Positions 40,791-54,724 of a DNA stretch of 64,000 nt are shown here, piece after piece. Origin of the DNA: Eledone cirrhosa (taxonomy: Eukaryota); assembly GCA_964016885.1 (NCBI GenBank), contig OZ024743.1, positions 171,492,001 through 171,556,000 on the forward strand, given 5' to 3'. The translations under genes and the position numbers were made by a program. Each line of letters opens with the position of its first letter. Within the stretch, counting starts at the first letter, position 1. Under the pieces are notes generated by a model. The model did not search any database, had not been told where the DNA came from, and saw nothing but the letters and a program-made list of their open reading frames with translations.

Positions 40791-40917
40791 ACGGCATGAG
40801 ACCCTTATCGGTCTTTTAATTCACACAAATATAATATATATATGTATGTACATATATATACATACATATATAATATAAAACGAAAAATCAGTGATGCATC
40901 TGAACTCAATTTATTGT

Positions 40918-41005
40918 GTGTTACAATTGTTTCGCCGGCAGACAGCTCGAGACAGGATCATTGTATGGATCTGTCTAATTCTAGACCTACAGGTTCGTCG
41001 GACAC
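40918..41005 (-). ncRNA. Type I hammerhead motif, U4C core, extended stem II
   Basis: GTGT-CCGACGA-aCCtGTAGG[..]TCTGCcGGc-GAAA-CAATTG-TA-ACAC. Confidence 0.65.
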
Positions 41006-41233
41006 TTGCAATAATTTCAGAGCAAATTTTCTCACTGGGGTGTTAGCATCAAAAAATATTTTCCTCGTTTGTCCTGCTGTTGGCTCTTGTTTTTCTACGT
41101 CATCATAAATTCTGGCCAATAGTTGCTGTCACTCTGGTCAATAGCTGTTTCTCCGCCTGACACTCTTCAATGAATCCATGCTGGGTTTGGTATTTCACAA
41201 GCCCACTCGCGCACTCACACACACATATACAAA

Positions 41234-41314
<81 letters not shown>

Positions 41315-41639
41315 TCACATACACACACACACACGCACACAACCATATAAGTAACAACATACGCGTCCACAGACGCCTGCCTACATGCCCACGTACATCA
41401 GCTCTCACACACACACACGCACACGCATTCATGTGCACACACATGCATACGCGTATATCTACTCGTATACACAAACACGTACTGACATATACATAGACAC
41501 TCAGACGCACATACACACACGTGTCCGTATATACAGGCACAAAGACAGACTCGCTCCCAAACACATATATATGTATAATTACACACACAGAAATGTACAC
41601 ACAAAACAAGCCCTTACCCTACAGTAGGTGCACGTACAC

Positions 41640-41726
<87 letters not shown>

Positions 41727-42719
41727 CTCATATACACTCAAACAAATACGCGCCTATTAGCTACATGCCCACTTACATCTACAAAGATACATACATACAT
41801 ATGTATATCTGTCCGTACTCAAATATGATATACTAACAGAGTCATATAAATCTACACAACGGGTCATACAGGGTCATCCATGAAAGGATGCATGTTGCTA
41901 TACACATGCACAAATATAAACAATGTAACTAAATACATATATCCATGCACATACATGCATTATAAATACACACATATAAAAAAAATAAATAAGTAAATAA
42001 AAAATAAATAAATGTATATATATACACATATATACACATATATACACACACATGTACACATATATACACGTACATACACACACATACATACACATCTGTA
42101 AAAAAACTTACAATATACTAAAATATCCATATAACGTCATACATTAAAAGATGTATCTTGTACTAAACATGTGCAAATATAAACGGTATAATCATATACA
42201 TACATCCATACACATTCACATAACATGTACATATATATATCTCTACATACACACGCATACATATATACACACACATACGCATACACATATACACACATAT
42301 AAAAACATAAAATAAATATACAATATATTAAAATATACATATAACGTCACATAGAGATATATAAAAAAAAAGAGGAGAAAGAAGAAGGGACGTGTATGCG
42401 TATGATATAGTACATATGGGGAGTATGAGATGCACAACTGGGCCTGTATACGGAACAAATAATGTGTTCCAAAATGGAACACGTGGAGAGTATGGATTCT
42501 CGATTGAAAGGTACACATGCATGGGGGTGCGTAGCCCGGCCATATTGGAGTATGTCACTGTGTTTGAGGTATGTTGTCCTATATGTGTAAGGTATTTGAC
42601 TGAAAGACCGTGGAACCCGGGTCAACCTGTCCCGGCTCAGGCGATGTTCTTGCCTAGGGTGACGTGCAGAGTCGGGGATGCATCTTGGGTTATTTTGGTT
42701 TACCCCAAGGGGCATATCC

Positions 42720-43512
42720 GGGAAATGCCTCTCTAGTAACCTTGTCTACAAATGTAAGGTTGAAACACCCACGTCCCGTAGGGCCTATATAGGGTTAACC
42801 GTCAATAGATTCTAGCAGCGTCTTTACATGCATACCCAATTCTTTTCTTAACCCTTTAAGAAGGAATATGATGTCACTTTCAGCTTATATCTGGAGTCTA
42901 AAAGACAACCACACCCAATATAAGTTACACTGGGAGATCCTAGCTTGGGTTAGATCGTATAACGTAAATAAAAGACCATGTGACCTTTGCGCCGTTGAAG
43001 CCCTGGAAATATTCTACGCCAAAGACCACATATTAAACAAAAAATCTGAGGCAATTTCGGCTTGTAAACATAAATTGCACAAAACTTTCCTGTATTACAG
43101 CCCCACTTTATACCCTAACGGATAGTACGAACTATACACGGATATTTTACGTCTTGATGTGGTGGCTAAGTATATGTTATATTTATACCATTACTTATTT
43201 GTATAGGTAAGTATATATTACATGTATGTTTTGTGAAAGTACGTATATTTGCTTGTATATGTTATTGGCTTATATTTATATTATATATACTGGTACATGT
43301 GCATATGGTTATCTGTATACGTGAGCTTTGCTTCTGTGTGAGTATGCAGGTTCGTATGTATGTAGGGTGTGTGTATATGTGTACTTTGTGTTTTGGTTGA
43401 CGTTTAGTGAACATATGTGTATTTACATGTAGGTATGTGTGTGTGGGCGTTATACACGTATTTATGTGTGTATATTTATATACATTTATATAATTATTTG
43501 TATACACGCACC

Positions 43513-43545
<33 letters not shown>

Positions 43546-44380
43546 TTTTTATATATATTTTTTATGTGTATTTGGTGTATACGTTCGTATGTGTGCGGGT
43601 ACAGGCGTTGCGTTAGTTCTGTATGTGCGTGCGTGGTTTTTTGTGTACGTGCTTGTATTTGCATACCCATGGCTGGTGTTTTCGCGTATGCATGTGTATG
43701 TACGTATACTGATGCGTGCATGTGTATATTAAATTTTTGTTGATTTCAATTACCTCTGTAATTTATTTACATTATTCTTAACTCTGAAGCCGTGTATCAT
43801 TCGGTTTCCTAAATAGAATTTTAGTATACGACTTCAGTTATATGATAAACGTGGTTTTGTCTTTGGGTGTAATTGTTCTCACCGTGGCACATAATGACGT
43901 ATTATCTTCATTTTTTCCGTTCATTGCCAGAGAACGTCTCCACGAATCCCCTAATAGAATATTAGTCTACGACTTCATTTATACCATAAACGTGGTTTTG
44001 TCTTTGGGTGTAATTGTTCTCACCTGTCCACATATTGACATATTATCTTCGTTTTTTTCCGTTCATTGCCAGAGAACGTCTCCACGAACCACATAATAGA
44101 ATATTAGTCTACGACTTCATTTTTACCATAAATGTGATTTTGTCTTTGCGTGTAATTATTTTCACCGCTCCTAATTATAACGTATTATCTTTATTTTTTT
44201 CCGTTTTTTTGCCAGAGAACGTTTCCACGAAACCAAAGTATCGTCTTCTTGTCTTCCTTCGCTTGCAACGTTTTTCGAAATATTTACTTCTGCGTTCACA
44301 GATTGATATTTTTAGTTTCAGAAGATCCCGTTAAGGGTGAAAGCAGCGATTCTTTGCTTAAACTTTAACCTGTTATTTAA
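42720..44380 (+). mobile_element. PLE family A 3' end plus pseudo-LTR (hammerhead at 44314-44364)
   Basis: GIY-YIG tail ORF 42868-43125; three ~141 bp subrepeats; near-identical to 52405-54050. Confidence 0.9.
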
Positions 44381-44463
44381 CTTTAACCGGTTCTTATATA
44401 TTTGATATATATTTATCCTTATCGAGCTCTCTTTGCATTTTAGTCTTCTAATTTATTATTATT

Positions 44464-44551
<88 letters not shown>

Positions 44552-44750
44552 TTAAGGATACTATTTATGGTTATGTAAATACTAAAACCTTTTATAGTTA
44601 TATATATATTATGCCCTAAATAGTGAAAGACAGTAATTTATTACTATCTTATTACCGGTAAGATAAATAGCTCAATGTAACAACATCAGTTGTTTTACAG
44701 AGCAGTTATATAGAGATTACATGAAACAAAATTCTGTTTAAATCATTTAT

Positions 44751-44799
44751 TTGCTTACAATTGTTTCTTCCAAACCGAGGTTTGAAGGCTTCGGAGCAA
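44751..44799 (-). ncRNA. Type I hammerhead motif, variant core CCGAAGC
   Basis: TTGCT-CCGAAGC-cTTCAAACC tc GGTTTGGAa-GAAA-CAATTG-TA-AGCAA. Confidence 0.62.
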
Positions 44800-45299
44800 T
44801 TATTCAGTGATTTTTAACATACTTGACCCGCTTTTCAACACAAGAGACATATAGAAACATATGTATATATTGACCCACAGTGGATTGACATCCATTATAA
44901 TAATATAGCATGGTAATTTACATACACAGATTACAGTCATATTAAAGGACAAAATTAAAGTTAAAATTAAAATTTAAATTTAAATAAAACATTGGCAGTC
45001 TACTAAGATAAAGCAAAAGGAAAGTTTGGAGTAGCCAGTGTATGCAACAGTCACACGTGTGGCATGCACGCGTGTCCTATTTATACAAGATTATAGTGCG
45101 GCAGATTGTTACAAGTAAAACAAGCATTCAAAGTAGGCAATCAAGAGCATCATGGGGGCTGAACTGGTAAAGCATTATTCACACACACCTGTACGATATA
45201 GAAGCCCGTGTGCGGAGAAACACCAAAAATAGTTTTTAGATAGTGTATGTAGCTAGATAGTGAAGTGGAGTTGGCTAGACTGTGTTTTTTGAAAAACTA

Positions 45300-45628
<329 letters not shown>

Positions 45629-45884
45629 AGGTATACGAGATATCATTTTCGGTTTCCCTAGTTCTGGGTTAGAGTAGCCAATAACGAGATGTTTTTTTAG
45701 CGTCCAGTAGGTCGATCATAGGGTTGTTATTTGATAGTTCCGTGATCAGAAATCCTTGGAGTAGTTCCAGAAGGTAAACAAGAGGATTAACATAAGTGAT
45801 GAAACATGTAAATGCTAGACATAAACCTTACTGTATCGCTCATCTGTGTTAATCCTCTTTTTATCTTATATATATATATATATA

Positions 45885-46272
45885 ATTAGTGAAAGAATGA
45901 AGAATAGCATGGTCAGCAATAAAAAAGGGTTTTATTTAAAGTATTAACAATTGTTTCATTGATTAAGTTGTCTAAAAAATGCTAATCACTTGAAGTTGTG
46001 TCACTCAATTTTAAATACAATGTATGCTTAATTAAATCATCGGAAATACCGATTAAAATTATACACGGCGTTTGTAATATACTAGGAAAAAAACGCCGTG
46101 TATAATTTTAATCAGTTTTTCCGATGATTTGATTAAGTATACATTGAATTTAAAATTGAGTGACACAACTTCAATGATTAGCAATTTTTAGACAACTTAA
46201 TCAATGAAACGATTATTAATACTGTAAATAAAGATCTTTTTGTAATTTTGACCATGTTATTCTTCACTCTTA
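45885..46272. repeat. Pseudo-LTR palindrome with two CCGATGA hammerhead motifs (45941-46049 -, 46113-46224 +); duplicated at 54862-55255
   Basis: GTATTt-CCGATGA-tTTGATTAAGT[..]ACTTAATCAAt-GAAA-CAATTG-TT-AATAC; arms meet at tatacacggcgttt..aaacgccgtgtata. Confidence 0.8.
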
Positions 46273-46275
46273 TAT

Positions 46276-46809
46276 ATATTGTTATACTTTGGGAGGGTCA
46301 TGTTGCCAATAAGAAACACACGCACCAGTTGCTTTCACTTCAATTTATTATAATAAATTTATAAATTTAGGAATTTATAAATTTCTGGTTGGTTGGTTGG
46401 TTGGTTCCACAACCAGATAGTTGTTTATATATTGTCAAAGTTCTTTCGTCACACATTCTGTGACCTCTTCAGTGACTGGCGATTCTTTTCTTTGTTTTTG
46501 TGCCTCTCCTTTGTTCTGTCCTACGCCATTTTGTTTCTGTCACGTATCTGAGAAACAAAATAGCGCAGGACAGAACAAAGGAGAGGCACAAAAACAAAGA
46601 AAAGAATCCCCAGTCACTGAAGAGGTCACAGAATGTTTGACGAAAGAACTTTGACAATATATAAACAACTATCTGGTTGTGGAACCAACCAACCAACCAG
46701 AAATTTATAAATTCCTAAATTTATAAATTTATTATAATAAATTGAAGTGAAAGCAACTGGTGCGTGTGTTTCTTATTGGCAACATGACCCTCCCAAAGTA
46801 TAACAATAT
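46276..46809. repeat. Near-perfect 534-bp palindrome of a PLE pseudo-LTR
   Basis: ~260 bp arms, ~12 nt spacer at 46539-46550; ends resemble 3520-3552 (atgaccctccc.aagtataacaat). Confidence 0.93.
46613..46655 (+). ncRNA. Minimal type I hammerhead, canonical core (mirror 46434-46476, -)
   Basis: GTCA-CTGAAGA-g-GTCA cagaatgtt TGAC-GAAA-GaaC-TT-TGAC. Confidence 0.82.
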
Positions 46810-46884
46810 CGGTTTCAACACACGTTTTCAGATAAAGAATCTTGCTAAACAAATTCAGAAACGAAATATATATATATATATATA

Positions 46885-48345
46885 AAGGACTGAAATTCAC
46901 ACCAACACCACAATACTCTAACCTCAATGAGATAAATGACGATATCTCACACTTCTGTAGAAAATTACGTCTCACAGAGGAATTTTTTGACAGGGAGAAT
47001 AACGACCAATCAATTGTACGGAATGAAAGCAGCTACAACCCAACAAAGGGTAGGAACAGAGTTCTGGACAAATTTTGTGACCACATAGCAACTTTCCCAT
47101 ACCATGAACTACCGCAACTTAAACCCAAACCCAACACGAGTCGAAGGGAATGGGAGATTATCCATGAACTAAAAAACAATACTGACATTGTAATTAAGGA
47201 AGCAGACAAGGGAAGTACTGTCGTCATTATGGATGCTGAACAATGTAAAGATTCTATGTTCTCTCTCTTACAAGATACTAACTACTATGAAAAAGTAAAT
47301 AACTACCAGCAATCAAAAACGATGCCCAGATTAAACACATTCATTTGTCGATAACAGGAAGACTTAACTTAAAAAGAACGCGATTATTTAACACATTTTG
47401 AATACAAAACCATCAACCTTTACGGACTTCCGAAGATCTACAAGTGTAAAATAATTAACGATGCCTGTAAAGAATCCACCCCAACCTGTGTGAACACACA
47501 AAACGCAACTGACCTTAAATTAAGACCAATTGTAGCCGGCCCACAATGTGAAACACACAGACTAAACAACTTTATAGACATACTACTAAAACCAATTATT
47601 AAACACATACCAAGCCTTGAAAGAGACGATCTGGACCTCTCAAACCACCTCCCCAAACATGTCAACTATTATTGTCTTTCGATGTAGTGAATCTCTACAC
47701 AATGATCCCACACCAATACGGACTAGAAGCAATAGGATTCTGGCTAGAGAAATATCCCAATAAGATACGTGACAGAATAGAAATAAGCTTCATCACCGGG
47801 GTATTACAATTTATTTTACAGACCGGCTTTTTTGATTTCGATGGCAGTACTTACAAGCAAATATCGGGGACTGCAAATATCCAACTTATGCCAACTTAGT
47901 CATGGCATACTTGGAAGTCCAGATATATGAACACTCCAAATAAAAATACGGATTGAACTTCCACAAATATTTATCAGAGAATTGGAAACGCTACTTGGAT
48001 GATTGTCTTATTCTTTGGTCTCACACACTCGACTAACTAAATGATTTCAAAAATTTAATTTAACTGCATCAATGACGACATACAATTCACAAGATCAACT
48101 CCCATTTCTGGACATCTTAATCATAAAAAGAGACACAAATATTGAAACTGACATACACTACCAGCCAACAGATTCCAAACAATACCTGCTATTCACCTCC
48201 AACCATCCAAAGAACACGAAAACGAACAGCCCTTTTAACCTAGCATGAAGAATTTGCACAATTGTCTCCAATTATAAAACGCGAAATAAAAAACTTCAAG
48301 AATTAAATGAAATTCTGCTCTAGTACCCACCATTACTAATAAATA
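46885..48345 (+). mobile_element. Neptune-like PLE RT region, decayed (duplicate of 55320-56690)
   Basis: KGLKFTPTP, IVIKEADKGSTVVIMD, YGLPKIYK, LRPIVAG, SFDVVNLYT, WKRYLDDC; ends in a SINE piece at 48345-48435. Confidence 0.9.
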
Positions 48346-48544
48346 ATTGTTTCTACTTTTGGCACAAGGCCAGCAATTACCCAGTGCATTACTGGTACTT
48401 TATTTTATCCACCCCGTAAGGATGAAAGGCAAAGATAATATTGTCATCAGGGTATGGTGTCTGATCCCTAGAAAGTAGAAAATATATATACATACACATA
48501 TATATATATATACTATAATTGAATATAAAAGAAAAACGAACACA

Positions 48545-49370
48545 GATATATACATATATGAGTTCAAATCGCAAGGACCAGATTCGCTAAGGTGAAAAGA
48601 ATAGATAACAGGGTTTGCATGCCTCAATTTAAGAATAAATCAAGAAAATAAATACAAACCGGAATTGTGATAATTACCAATCACCCAGACAGCTCTTGGT
48701 GCTGTTTCGCAATATTAATTGTGAATAGGGTGATTGGTAGTTACCACAATTCCGGTTTGTATTTATTTTCTTGATTTATTCTTAAATTGAGACAGGCAAA
48801 CCATATTGTCTATAGTTAGTATTCTTTTCACCTTAGCGAATCTGGCCCCTTGCGATTTGAACACATATATGTATATATCTGTGTTCGTTTTTCTTTTATA
48901 TTCAATTATAGTATACGGCTCGGAAAAATCTCTTTCTTAGAGCTATTTTATTGTAAGAGACTATTTTGGGTTTCTAACTCAATATATACATTTGATATAT
49001 TAGGCTCCGTTTATTGGTTGAGCTAATTCAAATGTCGAATAAACCTGGCTGCTATTTTTAGTGGTGTAAGTTTGTGAGACACGCTAAGATACCATTTGCA
49101 TTATTATATATAGCACACTATTCAGTTTCTTAATATACTTAGTAGTGTCTAGGATACTAATTCTTCACCCACTGATGAGCAAGAATTGGCATTTCTATTC
49201 GCAATTAATATTGCGAAACAGCACCAAGAGCTGTCTGGGTGATTCATAGTTACCACAATTCCCGTTTGCATTTATTTTTTTGATTTATTCTTAAATTGAG
49301 ACAGGCAAACCCTATTGTTTATAGTTAGTATTCTTTACACCTTAGCGAATCTGGTCCCTTGCGATTTGAA

Positions 49371-49380
<10 letters not shown>
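48545..49380 (+). mobile_element. Non-coding hammerhead unit (~509 bp period) with inverted upstream partial copy; retrozyme-like
   Basis: 48728-48870 recurs at 49237-49378; 48545-48728 is an inverted copy containing only the 3' half of the ribozyme; a further fragment lies at 12845-12972 (-). Confidence 0.78.
49165..49242 (+). ncRNA. Type I hammerhead, fully canonical
   Basis: TCACCCA-CTGATGA-GCAA[28 nt]TTGC-GAAA-CAGC accaaga GCTG-TC-TGGGTGA; GUC site, predicted cut after 49235. Confidence 0.93.
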
Positions 49381-49434
<54 letters not shown>

Positions 49435-49574
49435 GATAAATCTACCAATCAATGGTAGGGTCTAAACCGTATGAAGAACTCAATGTAATCCGTATGTAGA
49501 AGATGTCGTGAAGCAAAATTTAAAATACAAACATTTTCAACGATATAATTCAATTGGATACAGAGTCAAAATAG

Positions 49575-49947
49575 AAATATTAAAACAATGAAATTAAACA
49601 CAAAACTGTTAATTCATAGTAAAACTCATTACTTTACGATCGTTTATGGGAGGTAGTTCCCTGTATGTTCATTCAATTATTGATCTATGTAAAACATATT
49701 ACAAAATATCATAGTAAGAAAAAATACATACGTCTTCAGAAATTTCTGAAGACATGTATTTTTTTCTTACTATGATATTTTGTAATATGTTTTACTTTAG
49801 ATCAATATGTAATATGTAATATGTAATATGTTTTACATATATCAATAATTGAATGAACATACAAGCACCTACCCACAGAAACGATCGTAAAATAATGAGT
49901 TTACTATGAATTAATAGTTGTGTGTTTAATTTCATTGTTTTAATATT

Positions 49948-49950
<3 letters not shown>
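49575..49950. repeat. Palindrome centred on back-to-back hammerhead cores (family of 5646-5779)
   Basis: Centre tcttcagaaatttctgaaga at 49734-49752; right arm CTGAAGA..GAAACGATCGTA-AAATAATGAG; left arm has GAAA changed to TAAA. Confidence 0.82.
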
Positions 49951-49981
<31 letters not shown>

Positions 49982-49994
49982 ATATATATTTATT

Positions 49995-52900
49995 AAAATA
50001 ACATTAAAGTTTAAGCAAAGTATCGCTGCTTTCACCCTTAACGGGATCTTCTGAAACTAAAAATATCAATCTGTGAACGCAGAAGTAAATATTTCGAAAA
50101 AGGTTGCAACCGGAGGAAGACAGGAAGACGATACTTTGATTCGTGTAAACGTTCCCTGGCAAAGAAAGGAAAAAATGAAGATAATTCGTCATAATTAGGA
50201 GCGGTGAAAACAATTACACGCAAAGACAAAACTACGTTTATGGTATAAATGAAGTCGTAGACTAATATTCTATTTAGGAAACCGAATGATACACGGCTTC
50301 AGAGTTAAGAATAATGTAAATAAAATACAGAGGTAATTGAAACTAAATATATACATACACGCATCCATATACGTACATACACATGCATACGCGAAAACAC
50401 CCGCCATGGGTATGCAAATACAAGCACGTACACAAAAACCACGCACGCACATACAGAACTCACGCAACGCCTGTACCCGCACACATACGAACGTATACAC
50501 CAAATACACATTAAAAAATATATAAAAAGAAAAAAAATATATATATATATATGTGTGTGTGTGCGTGTATACAAATAATTATATAAGCGTATATAAATAT
50601 ACACACATAAATTCGTATATAACGCCCGCACACACATACCTACATGTAAATACACATGTGTTCGCTAAACGTCAACCAAAACACAAAGTACACATATACA
50701 CACACCCTACATACATACGAACCTGCATACTCACACGGAAGCAAAACTCACGTATACACATAACCATATGCACATGTACCAGTATATATAATATAATATA
50801 TACGCCAATAATATATACCAGGAAAACATACCTAAAACTGATACAGAAAACAGACGCGTTCATTAAAAGGTTGCGTTGGCACGCCTTTTACTTCGATAAT
50901 CAGGGAAAAGCGGATAACAAACAGGATAAATTTGGGTTTAAAACCTATAATAACCCTCTGAGTAACCAAGCCTTGCTACCCATCGAAATGATGTCTTGGA
51001 ACTTATACGGAGTATCAAATTTCAGAATAGGAGCAATTCCTTCCAGCAGGATCTGAAGAATAGAATTCGTTCTATTAAGGATTCTAATGCCATGCACGTC
51101 CACTCCGACAAAACAGGCAATCTATATCAAGTGGAGCGCAGTACTTACCATCAACTGCTACATAATGCTGTAACTAAGGATTACCGTAAAACTAATCTGA
51201 GCATCATTAATGACATCAACGATGCTGGGTTTAAAATCACCTCTGATCTCAACATCCTGGACCGGACTGAACGTCTGGACCCTATTTCTCCCCACATTAC
51301 CCCGAAGGATCACTAATCCAATTTCCCGAACAACACCTCTATTCAGCTTATTAACCCTACGAAGTCCGATTTAGGTAGACTTAGTAAAATGATTTTAGAT
51401 AGAATTATACCTGAAATTTGAAGTTTGGCCCCAATTGCACCGTGGAACAATTCTTTCGCGGTGATTGATTGGTTCAACGGCATATGCAACAAAGAACATT
51501 GCTGTTTTATCCAATTCAACATCAATAATTACTACTCCTCCATCCCTTTACCACTTCTTCTGAGAGCTATCAATTTCGCTAAAACACTCACAGTGGTTAA
51601 GGATTTCGAAGTTGATGTCATCCTCAATGCCCGTAAGTCGGTAATTAATTTCGACGACTCTATTTGGATAAAAAAATCTAATAGTACCCCATTCGACGTG
51701 AGTATGGGCGCCAGCGATTCTGCGGAGGTTACTGAACTTATCGGCCTTTTCCTTCTTTTCTCTATCAAGGAAGAATTCCCCTACGTGGGTGGTGGTTTGT
51801 ACCGTGATGACGGTCTTTTGACCATGACAAGGTGCGGCCCACGCGCTTGCGACAGGTCAGAAAAGAACTCACAGCCTTCTTTTAAGGCTTCGACCTCTCC
51901 ATACAGGTTGAAGCCAATCTCTCGGTAGTTAATTACTTCGACGTTACCCTCAATTTGTCGAATGGCTTGCACTACCCGTATAGAAAGCTGAATGATACGC
52001 TTACCCATCCTGCCAGTATAACCAAGAAACAAACAAGCATATTTTCACCGACCATTCCACATATTACAATGAAGCTCTTACTCGGAGTGGATTTGTCGAT
52101 AAGGTAGCATATACAGAGTATGAGAATAGACCTAGGAAAAATAGATCCCGACGCATTATATGGTATAACCCACCATATAATATGGAGGTGGCCACACCAT
52201 TAGCTAAGATCTTTCTCTCCCCTATTATGACCCCCCCCCAACACATAAATATAGTAAAATGTTTATAGAAATACTATTATAATTTCTTACTGTTCGACTC
52301 CTAACCTTGCCTCAAATTTAGCTAAATTACCTAGCCGTAGAAACACGTGCAACCCTGTAGCTAGTACTAACTGTAATTGTAGGAATCAGGTTGACTGCCT
52401 CATATCCGGGAAATGCCTCTCTAGTAACATTGTCTACAAATGTAAGGTTGAAACACCCACGTCACGTAGGGCCTACATAGGGCCTACATAGGGTTAACCG
52501 CCAATAGATTCTAGCAGCGTCTTTACATGCATACCCATTCTTTTCTTAACCCTTTAAGAAGGAATATGACGTCACTTTCAGCTTATATCTGGAGTCTAAA
52601 AGACAACCACACCCAATACAAGTTACACTGGGAGATCCTAGCTTGGGTTAGATCGTATAACGTAAATAAAATACCATGTGACCTTTGCGCCGTTGAAGCC
52701 CTGGAAATATTCTACGCCAAATTCCACACATTAAACAAAAAATCTGAGGCAATTTCGGCTTGTAAACATAAATTGCACAAAACTTTCCTGTATTACAGCT
52801 CCACTTTATACCCTAACGGATAGTACGAACTATACACGGATATTTTACGTCTTGATGTGGTGGCTAAATATATGTTATGTTTATACCATTACTTATTTGT

Positions 52901-54050
52901 ATAGGTAAGTATATATTACCTGTATGTTTTGTGAAAGTACGTATATTTGCTTGTATATGTTACTGGCGTATATATTATATTATATATACTGGCACATGTG
53001 CATATGGTTATCTGTATACGTGAGTTTTGCTTCTGTGTGAGTATGCAGGTTCGTATGTATGGGTACTTTGTGTTTTGGTTGACTTTAGCGAACATATGTG
53101 TATTTACATGTAGGTATGTGTGTGCGGACGTTATACATGTATTTATGTGTGTATATTTATATACGTTTATATAATTATTTGTATACACGCACCCACACAC
53201 ACATATATATGTATTTTTTTTATATATATTTTTTATGTGTATTTGGTGTATACGTTCGTATGTGTGCGGGTACAGGCGTTGCGTGAGTTCTGTATGTGCG
53301 TGCGTGGTTTTTTTGTGTACGTGCTTGTATTTGCATACCCATGGCTGGTGTTTTCGCGTATGCATGTGTATGTACGTATACTGATGCGTGCATGTATATA
53401 TTTAATTTTTGTTGATTTCAATTACCTCTGTAATTTATTTACATTATTCTTAACTCTGAAGCCGTGTATCATTCGGTTTCCTAAATAGAATTTTAGTATA
53501 CGACTTCAGTTATATGATAAACGTGGTTTTGTCTTTGGGTGTAATTGTTCTCACCGCCCCACAAATGAGGTATTATCTTCGTTTTTCCGTTCATTGCCAG
53601 GGAACGTCTCCACGAATCCCCTAATAGAATATTAGTCTACGTCTTCATTTATACCATATTCGTGGTTTTGTCTTTGGGTGTAATTGTTCTCAGCGCTCCA
53701 CATATTGACGTATTATCTTCGTTTTTTCCCGTTCATTGCCAGAGAACGTCTCCACGAACCACATAATAGAATATTAGTCTACGACTTCATTTATACCATA
53801 AACGTGGTTTTGTCTTTGTGTAATTATTTTCACCGCTCCTAATTATGACGTATTATCTTCATTTTTTCCCGTTTTTTTGCCAGGGAGCGTTTCCACGAAC
53901 CAAAGTATCGTCTTCTTGTCTTGCTTCAGTTGCAACATTTTTCGAAAGATTTACTTCTGCGTTCACAGATTGATATTTTTAGTTTCCGAAGATCCCGTTA
54001 TGGGTGAAAGCAGCGATTCTTTGCTTAAACTTTAATCTGTTATTTTAATA
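49995..54050 (+). mobile_element. PLE family A, near full length, with inverted 5' pseudo-LTR (49995-50818) and 3' pseudo-LTR
   Basis: FIKRLRWHAFYF, DKTGNLY, LINPTKSDLGR, FDVSMGASDSAEV, GLYRDDGL, WYNPPYN, GIY-YIG; multiple stops and frameshifts; hammerheads at 50008-50058 (-) and 53981-54031 (+). Confidence 0.93.
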
Positions 54051-54347
54051 AATATTTGCTCTACGGTTCTTATATATTTGATATATATTTATCCTTATCG
54101 AGCTCTCTTTGCATTTTAGTCTTCTAATTTATTATTATTATTATAACATATATATATATATATATATATATAAGTTGGAATAGGATGAAAAGAAATTTCA
54201 TTTCTCACTCTTAGTTATAATAAACTTCCGCTAAACTGATACGTACATATATATATATGTGTACCTGTATGTATATATATATATATATATATATACATGC
54301 TACTGTACGTCTGTATACATGTATGTATGTACGTATACATACATACT

Positions 54348-54428
<81 letters not shown>

Positions 54429-54659
54429 AGGTATACGAGATATCATTTTCGGTTTCCCTAGTTCTGGGTTAGAGTAGCCCAAACGAGGTGTTTTTTAGCG
54501 TCCAGTAGGTCGATCATAGGGTTGTTATTTGATAGTTCCGTGATCAGTAATCCTTGGAGTAGTTCCAGAAGGTAAACAAGAGGATTAACATAAGTGATGA
54601 AACATGTAAATGGTAGACATAGACCCTACTGTATCGCTCATCTGTGTTAATCCTCATTT

Positions 54660-54724
<65 letters not shown>

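Noticed and set aside
45765-45865. Hairpin containing GAAACATGTA (also 54575-54660) as a hammerhead
   Set aside because: Only the 3' half is recognisable; the upstream core and stems do not fit.
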